64,000 bases of DNA from positions 72,959 to 136,958 of the forward strand of contig CAVWCU010000001.1 of assembly GCA_963753585.1 (NCBI GenBank), given 5' to 3'. This DNA is from an uncultured Solirubrobacterales bacterium (GTDB taxonomy: Bacteria; Actinomycetota; Thermoleophilia; Solirubrobacterales; 70-9). This document shows, piece after piece, positions 47,628-56,114 of the stretch. Made by a program: the position numbers and the translations under genes. A model generated the notes under the pieces. The model was not told the DNA's origin. It made no database searches and worked only from the letters and a program-made list of their open reading frames with translations. Position 1 is the first letter of the stretch; every line of letters begins with the position of its first letter.

Positions 47628-48536
47628 GTGCACTCCCACTCGCATGCTCTTGACGCGCGGCGCGGCGACAGCCGGCGGCGGATGTGGGTTGCGCTTGGGA
47701 TCAACGGTGCGATGCTCATTGCGGAGGCGGTCGGCGGGGTGCTTACCGGGTCGCTAGCTGTGCTTGCCGACGCAGGGCACCTGCTGTCCGACGTCGGGGC
47801 GATTGCGCTGGCGCTGTTTGCGGCTTCGCTTGCTGCCCGGCCCGCCGGTGGGCGGATGACCTTCGGGTACCACCGCTCGGAGATTCTCGCTGCCCTGCTC
47901 AACGGGCTGCTGTTGGTGGCGGTGGCGCTCGCCGTCGCCTATGCCGCCGTCGGCCGGCTCGGCGATCCCCCCGAGATCGACGGTCTTGGGGTGCTGGCCC
48001 TCGGTCTCTTCGGCCTCCTCGGAAATGTGGCGGCGACCGTGGTCCTCGCCCGCGGCGAGCGCGCCGACGTCAACCTCGAGGGCGTCCTGCGCCACAGCGC
48101 CGCCGACGCGCTCGGCTCGGTCGGCGTCGTCCTCGCCGGCGCCTTCGTCCTCGCAGGCGGCTCGTCCATCGTCGACCCCGTCGTCAGCCTCCTGATCGCC
48201 GCGCTGATCCTCGCCTCCTCCTGGCGCTTGATCGCCGAGCCGCTCGGCGTGCTGATGGAGGCCGCCCCGCCAGGCGTCGACGTCGACGAGGCGGGGGCCG
48301 CCATCTGCGAAGAGGAGGGGGTGCGCTCGGTCCACGACCTGCACGTATGGACGGTCACCTCAGGATTCGGCGCCCTCGCGGCTCACGTCGTCGTCTCGCC
48401 CGAGTGCGATCGGGACCTGGTGCGGCGCCGGCTCGAGCTGTTGCTGCACGAGCGCTTCGGCATCGATCACACCACCCTGCAGATGGAGGAGCAGGTGCCC
48501 GAAGCCCTACTGCGGGTCGAGAACGCACCCCGCTAG
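47628..48536 (+). CDS. czcD: Cation diffusion facilitator family metal efflux transporter
   Basis: 302 aa. Six TM helices, HLLSDVGA and HSAADALGSV metal-site motifs, and a C-terminal cytoplasmic domain (VHDLHVW). Confidence 0.9.
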   Translation: MHSHSHALDARRGDSRRRMWVALGINGAMLIAEAVGGVLTGSLAVLADAGHLLSDVGAIALALFAASLAARPAGGRMTFGYHRSEILAALLNGLLLVAVALAVAYAAVGRLGDPPEIDGLGVLALGLFGLLGNVAATVVLARGERADVNLEGVLRHSAADALGSVGVVLAGAFVLAGGSSIVDPVVSLLIAALILASSWRLIAEPLGVLMEAAPPGVDVDEAGAAICEEEGVRSVHDLHVWTVTSGFGALAAHVVVSPECDRDLVRRRLELLLHERFGIDHTTLQMEEQVPEALLRVENAPR

Positions 48537-48570
48537 ATGGTTGATCCACGGCCGTGGATCAACCATCTAG
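48533..48570. repeat. Perfect 38-bp palindrome spanning the czcD stop codon
   Basis: CTAGATGGTTGATCCACGG/CCGTGGATCAACCATCTAG has 19+19 nt with no spacer. The TAG stop of czcD is bases 2-4 of the palindrome. Confidence 0.85.
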
Positions 48571-48647
48571 GCTTGATCGCAAGCTCGGTTGCACGGCTAA
48601 TGCCCTGCAAGGAAGCGATTCTTCGGCTCCGCTAGCCTGATTCGACG

Positions 48648-49829
48648 ATGCGCAAGACTCGCCCTGCCCTGGCGGCTCTCCTGGCCGCTGCGGCGGCGCT
48701 GCTCGTGCTGCTCGCAGCCGGTATCGCTTCCGCCGACGAACTCGAATCGAAGCTCGACCGCACCGAATCGAAGCTCTCCGAGGTGCGCGAGCGCAGCGGC
48801 GTGCTGACGACGACGATCTCCCGCTACAAGGACCGGATCGACAGGCTGACCCGCGAGGTTGCGGTACTGCGCGGTCGCGAGGCCGCGGTCGAGGTGCGGC
48901 TCGACGCAAAGCAGGCCGAGCTCGACCGCGCAGTCGCCGAGCTCGATACCGCCAAGAGGCACCTGGCCGTGGTCCGCGCCCGCCTCAAGCGCGCGTTGGT
49001 GGCGCTGCGCGAGCGGCTGATCGCGATCTATGAGACCGGCACCCCGGACGTGCTCAGCGTCATCGTCGGTGCCGACGGATACGACGACCTGATCGGCCGC
49101 ACCGAATACCTCAACCACATACGCGGCATGGACGAAGCCATCGTCGGCCGCGTGCGCGACCTGCGTGACCAGGTGAAGAACACCGTCTTCCGTCTGCGCA
49201 CGGCGAAGAACCGGATCGAGGCCGCGCGCGACGCTATCGCCGCCGAAGAGCGGGCGCTCGCAGGTGCCCGCGCCGCCGTGGAGCGGCGCCAGTCGGCGCT
49301 GGTCGCGGCGCGAGGCGAGCGCGTGGCGGCCCTGGAGAGGATCCGCGAGACCGAGCAGGAGCTCCACGGAGAGGTGACCGAGATCCAGGCCGAGCTCGCT
49401 GCCCGGCTGGGCGAAACGGCTTCCGCGCCCCTCCCGGCGGGACCGATCCGATACGGCTCCGGCCAGCTGATCTGGCCGGTGGACGGACCTGTCGTCTCGA
49501 CCTTCGGAATGCGCTGGGGTCGCATGCACGAGGGCATCGACATCGCGGTTCCGGCGGGGACCCCGATTCGCGCGGCCGCTGCCGGATCCGTCGTCCTGGT
49601 CCAGTCCGACGCCGAAAGCGGCGGCTACGGCAACTTCACCTGCCTCGACCACGGCGGCGGTCTGCAGACGTGCTATGCCCACCAGTCGTCCTTTGCGGTG
49701 ACGTCGGGGAGTGTCTCCCAGGGCGACGTGATCGGGTACGTCGGCTGCACCGGGCACTGCTTCGGCGACCATCTGCACTTCGAGGTACGGGTCGGGGGCG
49801 GTCCGACCGACCCCCTGGGCTATCTGTAG
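48648..49829 (+). CDS. M23-family peptidoglycan DD-endopeptidase with N-terminal coiled coil (EnvC-like)
   Basis: 393 aa. Signal peptide, long coiled coil, and C-terminal HEGIDIA...GTPI...GHLHFEV M23 motifs. Confidence 0.87.
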   Translation: MRKTRPALAALLAAAAALLVLLAAGIASADELESKLDRTESKLSEVRERSGVLTTTISRYKDRIDRLTREVAVLRGREAAVEVRLDAKQAELDRAVAELDTAKRHLAVVRARLKRALVALRERLIAIYETGTPDVLSVIVGADGYDDLIGRTEYLNHIRGMDEAIVGRVRDLRDQVKNTVFRLRTAKNRIEAARDAIAAEERALAGARAAVERRQSALVAARGERVAALERIRETEQELHGEVTEIQAELAARLGETASAPLPAGPIRYGSGQLIWPVDGPVVSTFGMRWGRMHEGIDIAVPAGTPIRAAAAGSVVLVQSDAESGGYGNFTCLDHGGGLQTCYAHQSSFAVTSGSVSQGDVIGYVGCTGHCFGDHLHFEVRVGGGPTDPLGYL

Positions 49830-49933
49830 GAGCGCCTAGCGACTACCTACCTAAAATCGATCAAAAATTCGACTATTAGGTATGGCGTGACGGTTCTCCC
49901 CTGCGACTCTGGGTACCAAGCGACCAGGAGGCA

Positions 49934-50596
49934 ATGTCGATGGTTCGCCAGGCCCAGACCTATCTCGCGGGCGCCGTTTCGGCTACGGCGCTCGTCGCGG
50001 CTGCTGTCGTCGCCTTCGTCCTGCTCGTCTCCCTCCAGGCCCTGAAGGACTGGCCGCTGGCCGCTCTCGGCGGCGGCGAGGAGACGACCCTCTCTCCGGC
50101 TCGCCCAGTGGGCTCCGGCGGCGTTCCATCCTCTGCGGCGGCAGGGGGAGCCGCCTCGGTTCGGGCTGACGTCGGCGCTCAGGGAAGAGGGGGCACCGGC
50201 GCCGGGCAGCGCGGTGGAAACGCGGCTCTGGGCGAAGCCCCGGGTGAGGCACCGGTCGCCGCCGCGCCGACGGCAGGTCCTGTGGGCGGAGGCGGCTCCG
50301 AGGGTTCCGCCCCGTCCGGGTCGACGCCCTCCGCGGCGAGCGGTAGCACTGGCGGCGGCGCGGGATCCGGGGCGGGGGGCAGCTCTGGCCAATCCACCTC
50401 GGGGGCCGTCACCGGAACGGTCAACGACACCGTCTCCGGGGTCGACGAAGCCCTCGGCGGCGTTCTTGGCGACACCGGGGTGACCGAGGTGACCGAAACG
50501 ACTGTGAACGGTGTGGCCGGGTCCGAATCCACAGTCGGGAAAACGGTCGACAAAGTGGCCGAAACCGTCGGCGGCATCCTCGGCGGCGGCAAATAG
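49934..50596 (+). CDS. Gly/Ala/Ser-rich secreted or anchored protein
   Basis: 220 aa. AGGAGG RBS, one N-terminal TM, low-complexity G/S/A region, then a Thr/Val/Gly-rich tail. Confidence 0.5.
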   Translation: MSMVRQAQTYLAGAVSATALVAAAVVAFVLLVSLQALKDWPLAALGGGEETTLSPARPVGSGGVPSSAAAGGAASVRADVGAQGRGGTGAGQRGGNAALGEAPGEAPVAAAPTAGPVGGGGSEGSAPSGSTPSAASGSTGGGAGSGAGGSSGQSTSGAVTGTVNDTVSGVDEALGGVLGDTGVTEVTETTVNGVAGSESTVGKTVDKVAETVGGILGGGK

Positions 50597-50620
50597 CCGG
50601 TTTCACTTTCGAGTTGAGGT

Positions 50621-50698
50621 GGGCTGTCGGGTGCCCCTCCCCAAAACGCGCGGCGGGAGCCGCGCTTGAGTGTTTTGGGGAGGGGCATCCGACAGCCC
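50621..50698 (+). repeat. Hairpin unit C, copy C1
   Basis: 27-nt arms GGGCTGTCGGGTGCCCCTCCCCAAAAC and GTTTTGGGGAGGGGCATCCGACAGCCC (1 mismatch) around a 24-nt loop. Homologous to 63642-63717 on the opposite strand. Confidence 0.85.
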
Positions 50699-50862
50699 TT
50701 CTCGAAGCACAAAGCTCCGAAAAGCTTCTTGCAACCGAGGCGCCACCGGCTCCCCGAAAGCCCCACATGCCCTAGCGCCTGTTACGGGCGCCCCAAGCTT
50801 TAAAAAAAGCTTGGGGACCCTGGAGCCGGCTTCGCAGTCTGGGCGTAGCTCGGTGACGTGTT

Positions 50863-51007
50863 GGGAGGAGCCTGGCCGTCCTCCAGACGAATGTCGCGAA
50901 GCGGCGGAAATGCAATCCGGTGATTGCGCGGCCGTCAAGGCCGCGCTCCTGGTTGCACCGCGCTCGCGCGCGGTGCTCAATTCGACTGGAGGACGGCCAG
51001 GCTCCCC
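50863..51007 (+). repeat. Hairpin unit B, copy B1
   Basis: Arms GAGCCTGGCCGTCCTCCAG and CTGGAGGACGGCCAGGCTC flank 99 nt that hold two internal stem-loops. The reverse complement differs from 63402-63500 at about 8 positions by eye. Confidence 0.9.
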
Positions 51008-51047
51008 ACCATCCGCCCTTGTCACGCAACCGTCACAATGCCCGCCT

Positions 51048-52352
51048 ATGGCGGAGCGTGGACAGGCAGGTGCGGTGGTCGACCCGATCGCGGGTTCGCC
51101 GGTGTATCCGAGCGGCAGCCGCGTCAACGAGCGCGGGCACCTCGAGATCGGCGGCTGCGACGTGGTCGATCTGGCGGCGGAGTTCGGCACGCCGGCCTAC
51201 GTCTACGCCGAAGACGACATGCGGGGGCGGGCCCGCAGCTACCGCGCGGCCTTCGAACGCGGTGGGATGGGGTTCGAGGTCCTCTTCGCCAGTAAGTCTT
51301 TTCCCTGCACGGCCGCGTACCGGCTCTTCGCCGAGGAGGGCCTCTCGGTCGACGTCGCCTCGGGCGGCGAGCTGCACATGGCGCTGCGCGCCGGCTTCGA
51401 TCCGCACCGCATCCACATGCACGGCAACAACAAGACCGATGAGGAGATCCTCTTCGCGGCGCGCTCGGGCGTCGGCCACCTGATCCTCGACTCCTTCGAC
51501 GAGATCGAGCGCTGCGAGCGACTGCTGGAGGAGCCCCAGGACGTGCTGATCCGGGTCACGCCCGGGATCAAGCCCTCGACCCACGACTACGTCCAGACCG
51601 GGCAACTCGACTCCAAGTTCGGCTTCGGGATCGAGGACGGCCTCGCTGCGCGGGCGATCGAGCGAGTGCTGAGCTCCGACGTCCTGCGGCTCACCGGGCT
51701 GCATGCCCACATCGGCTCGCAGATCTTCGAGCTGGAGCCCTACACGTTGGCGATCCGCGCGATTGGCGAGCTCGCCGGCGAGTGGTGCAAGGTGGTCAAC
51801 GTCGGCGGCGGCCTCGGCATCGCCTACGCCGCGGAGGACGAGCCACCCGCGATCGACGCCTACGTCGACGTCAAGGTCCGCGGCGTCGCCGAGGTCTTCG
51901 GCAAGGACGTGCGCATCCTGGTCGAGCCGGGTCGCTCGCTGGTTGGCAACGCGGGGATCACCGCCTACCGCGTCGGCACGGTCAAGGAGATCCCCGGCGT
52001 TCGCACCTACGTCGCCGTCGACGGCGGCATGTCGGACAACATGCGGCCGATGCTCTACGGGTCCCGCTACGAAGCGCTGATCGCCGATCGGGCCGCCGCC
52101 GTGCCCGGCAGCCTGGCGACGGTTGCCGGCATGCACTGCGAGTCCGGCGACGTCCTCGTCCGCGATGCGGTGCTGGCGGAGCCGGCCGTCGGCGACGTCC
52201 TCGTGACCCCCGCGACCGGTGCCTACGGACACGCGATGGCCAGCAACTACAACGGCGTGACCCGCCCACCCGTCGTCTTCTGCCGGGACGGCGACGCCCG
52301 CCTCGTCGTGCGGCGCGAGACCTACGAGGACCTGACTGCGCGGGATGTCTGA
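51048..52352 (+). CDS. lysA: Diaminopimelate decarboxylase
   Basis: Start set to ATG 51048. Fold-III PLP decarboxylase motifs (FASKSF with the PLP Lys, GGGLGI, EPGRSLV, CESGD). Confidence 0.93.
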   Translation: MAERGQAGAVVDPIAGSPVYPSGSRVNERGHLEIGGCDVVDLAAEFGTPAYVYAEDDMRGRARSYRAAFERGGMGFEVLFASKSFPCTAAYRLFAEEGLSVDVASGGELHMALRAGFDPHRIHMHGNNKTDEEILFAARSGVGHLILDSFDEIERCERLLEEPQDVLIRVTPGIKPSTHDYVQTGQLDSKFGFGIEDGLAARAIERVLSSDVLRLTGLHAHIGSQIFELEPYTLAIRAIGELAGEWCKVVNVGGGLGIAYAAEDEPPAIDAYVDVKVRGVAEVFGKDVRILVEPGRSLVGNAGITAYRVGTVKEIPGVRTYVAVDGGMSDNMRPMLYGSRYEALIADRAAAVPGSLATVAGMHCESGDVLVRDAVLAEPAVGDVLVTPATGAYGHAMASNYNGVTRPPVVFCRDGDARLVVRRETYEDLTARDV

Positions 52353-53580
52353 GGACCCCTCCAAAGTCGTTCGCATCGGGCTGCTGGGACGCGGCACGGT
52401 CGGTGGCGCCTTCGCCGACCTCCTCGCCGCCCGAGCCGGCGCCGTCGAGGCCGCGACAGGGCGTCGTCCCGAGATCTCCGGCGTCCTCACCCGCGAGAGC
52501 GGCGACTTCGATGCGATCCTCGAGCGCTCCGACGTGATCGTCGAGCTGATGGGTGGGACAGATCCGGCACGGGATCATGTGCTCGACGCGTTGCGCGCCA
52601 AGCGGCCGGTGGTCACCGCCAACAAGCAGCTCCTGGCCAAGCACGGCGACGAGCTCTTCGACGTCGCCCGCGAGGCCGGCGTGCAGCTGCGCTTCGAGGC
52701 GGCCGTGGCGGGCGTCATCCCGATCGTCCGCGCGATCCAGGAGAGCTTCGGCGTCACCGAGATCGCCAAGGTCTTCGGCATCGTCAACGGCACCACCAAC
52801 TTCATCCTCACCGAGATGGCCGCCAGCGGCGCCCCCTTCGAGGAGGTGCTGGCCCGCGCCCAGGAGCTGGGATACGCCGAGGCCGACCCGACCGACGACG
52901 TCAACGGCGCCGACGCCGCGGCGAAGATGGCGATCCTCGCCCGCCTCGCCTTCCACACGCCGGTGACGTTAGACGGGGTCTCCTACGAGGGGATCGAGCA
53001 GGTCAAGCCCGACGACATCGCCTACGCCGAAGAGCTCGGCCTCACGTTGAAGCTGCTCGGCGTCGCCGAGCGCCGCGAGGGCGGGATCAGCGTGCGCGTC
53101 TTCCCCTGCTTCCTTTCGCCGGGCCACCCGCTGGCGCCCGTCGAGGGCCCGTTCAACGCGGTGATGGTGGAGGCGCCCGAGATCACCGAGGTGACGATGT
53201 CGGGGCCTGGGGCCGGGGGAGTTCAGACAGCGTCGGCCGTGCTCGGCGACCTGGTGTCCATTCTCAACGGCGACGCACCGGTTCACGAGACCCGCGAGCG
53301 GCTGCCGATCGTCACCGACGTGGCCTCCTCCTTCTACCTGCACCTGGAGGTCGCCGACCGCCCCGGCGTGCTTGCCCAGATCGCTCAGGTGCTCGGCGAC
53401 AAGGAGGTCTCGGTCAAGAGCGTCGTCCAGCGCGGCGCCGGCGACGACGCACGCCTGGTGATGGTCGTCCACGAGTGCCTGGAGTCGCGCTTCGCCGAGG
53501 CGTTGGAGGCGATCGACGCGCTGGACGTGCTGCGCGCGCCGCCGCGGGCCATACGCGTGATCGAAGAGGAGTTCGTTTGA
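52345..53580 (+). CDS. hom: Homoserine dehydrogenase
   Basis: 411 aa. NAD-binding [10 protein letters not shown], catalytic domain ([23 protein letters not shown]) and a C-terminal ACT domain. Overlaps lysA by 8 nt. Confidence 0.93.
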   Translation: MSEDPSKVVRIGLLGRGTVGGAFADLLAARAGAVEAATGRRPEISGVLTRESGDFDAILERSDVIVELMGGTDPARDHVLDALRAKRPVVTANKQLLAKHGDELFDVAREAGVQLRFEAAVAGVIPIVRAIQESFGVTEIAKVFGIVNGTTNFILTEMAASGAPFEEVLARAQELGYAEADPTDDVNGADAAAKMAILARLAFHTPVTLDGVSYEGIEQVKPDDIAYAEELGLTLKLLGVAERREGGISVRVFPCFLSPGHPLAPVEGPFNAVMVEAPEITEVTMSGPGAGGVQTASAVLGDLVSILNGDAPVHETRERLPIVTDVASSFYLHLEVADRPGVLAQIAQVLGDKEVSVKSVVQRGAGDDARLVMVVHECLESRFAEALEAIDALDVLRAPPRAIRVIEEEFV

Positions 53581-54614
53581 GCCCCGCTCCCCTGATCGAG
53601 AGATACAGGGAGCGTCTCTCGCTGGAGCCCGGGGACCCGGTCGTGACCCTGAACGAGGGCTCGACCCCGCTGGTCGAGGCACCGCGGCTCTCCGAGCGGC
53701 TCGGGGTGCGGGCCTACCTGAAGTTCGAGGGGGCGAACCCGACCGGCAGCTTCAAGGACCGCGGGATGACGGTCGCCGTCTCCCGGGCGAAGGGCAGGGG
53801 GGCCGAGGCCGTGATCTGCGCCTCGACGGGCAACACCGCCGCCAGCGCCGCCGCCTACGCTGCGCGGGCCGGCCTGCGCGGCGCCGTGATCGTGCCCGAG
53901 GGCAAGATCGCGATCGGCAAGCTCGCCCAGGCGCTGATGCACGGGGCGCGGGTCGTCGCCCTGCAGGGCAACTTCGACGACGCTCTGCGGATCGTCCGCG
54001 AGCTGGCGGCGAAGCACCCGATCGAGCTGGTCAACTCGGTCAACCCGCACCGGATCGAAGGCCAGAAGACGGCTGCCTTTGAGGTGATCGAGGAGCTCGG
54101 CGGGGCGCCCGGGGCCCTGGCGATCCCGGTCGGCAACGCCGGCAACGTCACCGCCTACTGGCGCGGCTTCCAGGAGGTCGGCGCGGCGCCGGTGCTCTAC
54201 GGCTTCCAGGCCGAGGGGGCGGCACCGCTCGTCCACGGCGAGCCCGTCGCCAGTCCCGAGACGGTTGCCTCGGCGATCCGGATCGGCAACCCCGCCCGCT
54301 GGGAGGAGGCGATGGCTGCCTTCACGGCGTCGCGAGGGCGCGTCGTTGCAGTCTCCGACGAGCAGATCCTCGACGCCTATCGCTGGCTCGCCGCCGGCGA
54401 GGGAGTCTTCTGCGAGCCCGCCTCGGCGGCCTCGGTCGCAGGCCTGTTGGCCCATGGTCTGCCCACGGTCGAGGACGGCGCGCCGCCCGAGTCGGTCGTC
54501 TGCGTCCTCACCGGCCACGGCCTCAAGGACCCCGACACCGCGCTCTCCAAGGCGCCGGCGGTGATCAACTGCGAGAACGACCTCAGCGCCGTGGAGCGGG
54601 CGGTATTCGAGTGA
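53577..54614 (+). CDS. thrC: Threonine synthase
   Basis: TTG 53577 overlaps the hom stop (TTGA). PLP-Lys motif [10 protein letters not shown] and STGNTAAS. Confidence 0.92.
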   Translation: MSPAPLIERYRERLSLEPGDPVVTLNEGSTPLVEAPRLSERLGVRAYLKFEGANPTGSFKDRGMTVAVSRAKGRGAEAVICASTGNTAASAAAYAARAGLRGAVIVPEGKIAIGKLAQALMHGARVVALQGNFDDALRIVRELAAKHPIELVNSVNPHRIEGQKTAAFEVIEELGGAPGALAIPVGNAGNVTAYWRGFQEVGAAPVLYGFQAEGAAPLVHGEPVASPETVASAIRIGNPARWEEAMAAFTASRGRVVAVSDEQILDAYRWLAAGEGVFCEPASAASVAGLLAHGLPTVEDGAPPESVVCVLTGHGLKDPDTALSKAPAVINCENDLSAVERAVFE

Positions 54615-55492
54615 CCGCGCGGCACCGCCTGGTCCGGGTCCCGGCCTCCTCGGCCAACCTCGGGCCGGGCTATGACGTGCTGGCCGCCGCCGTTTCGCTC
54701 TTCCTCGAGTTGGAGGTCGAGGAGACGGGGGAGTTCTCGTTCGACCCGGGCGGCCTCGACGTCTCCACCGGGCGCGACAACCTGATTGTCCGCGCCTTCG
54801 AGAGCCTCCACCCAGCGGATGGCATTGCTTTCCGGTTGCGCAGCGAGATCCCCCTGGCGCGCGGTCTCGGCTCCAGCGCCGCCGCGATCGTCGCCGGCCT
54901 GCACGCCGCCGATCACCTCTTCGAGCTGGCGCTGTCCAAGCAGGAGATGCTGGCGCGGGCGACCGAGCTGGAGGGGCACCCCGACAACGTCGCGGCTGCG
55001 ATCTACGGCGGCTTCGTGATCTGCGGCGCGGGGGAGGGCGATGCGCCGAGCGCGACCCGCTTCGACCCGCCGGGCGGCCTCGAGGGCATCGCGGTGATCC
55101 CCGCCGAGGAGGTCTCGACCGAGCGCGCCCGTGAGGCGATCCCGGCCGAGATCCCGCTCGCCGACGCCGTCGCCAACGTCTCAGCTGCCTCCCGCCTCGT
55201 CCTCGGCCTTCAGACCGCTGACCTCGACCTCCTCGCGGCCGGTCTCGCCGATCGCATCCACCAGGACCGTCGCCGCGAGCTCTACCCGCGCTCGATGGAC
55301 CTGGTCGACGCGGCGACGGACCTCGGCGCTCTCGGCGCGACGATCTCCGGCGCCGGTCCCACGGTTCTCGTCTGGACCACCTGGCAGGACGCCGGCAAGG
55401 TCGCCGAGGCGCTCGAGGACCGTTGTGTCGGCTGGGCCGAGGTCCACCGCCTCCCCTTTTGCCCCCACGGGGCCGACGTCCCCGAGCTCTGA
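54611..55492 (+). CDS. thrB: Homoserine kinase
   Basis: GTG 54611 overlaps the thrC stop. GHMP kinase motifs [12 protein letters not shown] and [11 protein letters not shown]. Confidence 0.9.
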   Translation: MTARHRLVRVPASSANLGPGYDVLAAAVSLFLELEVEETGEFSFDPGGLDVSTGRDNLIVRAFESLHPADGIAFRLRSEIPLARGLGSSAAAIVAGLHAADHLFELALSKQEMLARATELEGHPDNVAAAIYGGFVICGAGEGDAPSATRFDPPGGLEGIAVIPAEEVSTERAREAIPAEIPLADAVANVSAASRLVLGLQTADLDLLAAGLADRIHQDRRRELYPRSMDLVDAATDLGALGATISGAGPTVLVWTTWQDAGKVAEALEDRCVGWAEVHRLPFCPHGADVPEL

Positions 55493-55590
55493 GGTCGCCA
55501 ACTAGGCTCGTACCCCAGGCTGAGTTTGTACTTTGTTCCGCTATCCGGAACGAAAGGCGAACTCACGTAGCGCTAGCGAAGGAGATTGAG

Positions 55591-55962
55591 ATGGCCAGCT
55601 ACACGATCAAGCACCGCGACGAGTTCGAGACGATGGAGGGGTCGGGGGACGCGACCTGGCTGCTCGCGCGCAAGGCGCTGGGCACTTCGGACTTCGGTTT
55701 CAACTTGGTCGAGATCGGTCCTGGGGGTCAGATCCCCGAGCACGACGAGGCCGAGAGCGGTCAGGTCGAGCTCTTCATCGTGCTCGAGGGCGAGGCGGTG
55801 ATGAGGCTCGAGGGCGAGGATCACCCGGCACCCGCCGGCACCTTCGCCTCGATCGAGCCGCCGGCCAGCCGCACGATCCTCAACCGCTCCGACGCCCCCG
55901 TCACCGCCCTCCTCCTCGGCGTCCACCCGGCGGGCGACTACAGCGCTCCGAGCTGGGCCTGA
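55591..55962 (+). CDS. Cupin-domain protein
   Basis: ATG 55591 after an AAGGAG RBS. Cupin motifs G.QIPEHDE...GQVELFIVLEGEA and P.GTF. Confidence 0.7.
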   Translation: MASYTIKHRDEFETMEGSGDATWLLARKALGTSDFGFNLVEIGPGGQIPEHDEAESGQVELFIVLEGEAVMRLEGEDHPAPAGTFASIEPPASRTILNRSDAPVTALLLGVHPAGDYSAPSWA

Positions 55963-55972
55963 CTCGCTCGAA

Positions 55973-56015
55973 CCCGCATTTACCCCGCATAGTGCGGGTA
56001 AATGCGGGTAAATGC
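55973..56015. repeat. Inverted plus tandem direct repeat upstream of gltB
   Basis: CCCGCATTTACCCCGC-ATAGT-GCGGGTAAATGCGGG, with the decamer GCGGGTAAAT repeated in tandem (55994-56003, 56004-56013). Confidence 0.6.
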
Positions 56016-56114
56016 AGATTTGTCCTGAGCGGGCCTCGATCGGCTCTATAATTCGCCGACTTGTCAACCCGTCGCGCGCCCGCTCGGAGAAGGCGTGGAA
56101 ACCGGGAGGTCAGC

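Noticed and set aside
48571-48647. c-di-AMP (ydaO-type) riboswitch upstream of the M23 cell-wall hydrolase gene
   Set aside because: The leader is only about 77 nt and I see none of the conserved pseudo-symmetric ydaO elements. It is too short for that riboswitch.
50920-51047. Similar peptides encoded by the B repeats (MIARPSRPRSWLHRARARCSIRLEDGQAP at B1; MLARPFRPRSLLHRAYARCSIRLEDGQAP at 63231..63467) and by the C repeats (LPKTLKRG..RAF.GG)
   Set aside because: The peptide similarity simply reflects nucleotide repeat identity. The differences between copies are non-synonymous and fall in hairpin loops, so there is no sign of coding selection.
55994-56015. CRISPR-like tandem repeat
   Set aside because: Only two adjacent 10-nt copies without spacers, and no cas genes. 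No other regularly spaced repeat array exists in the window.
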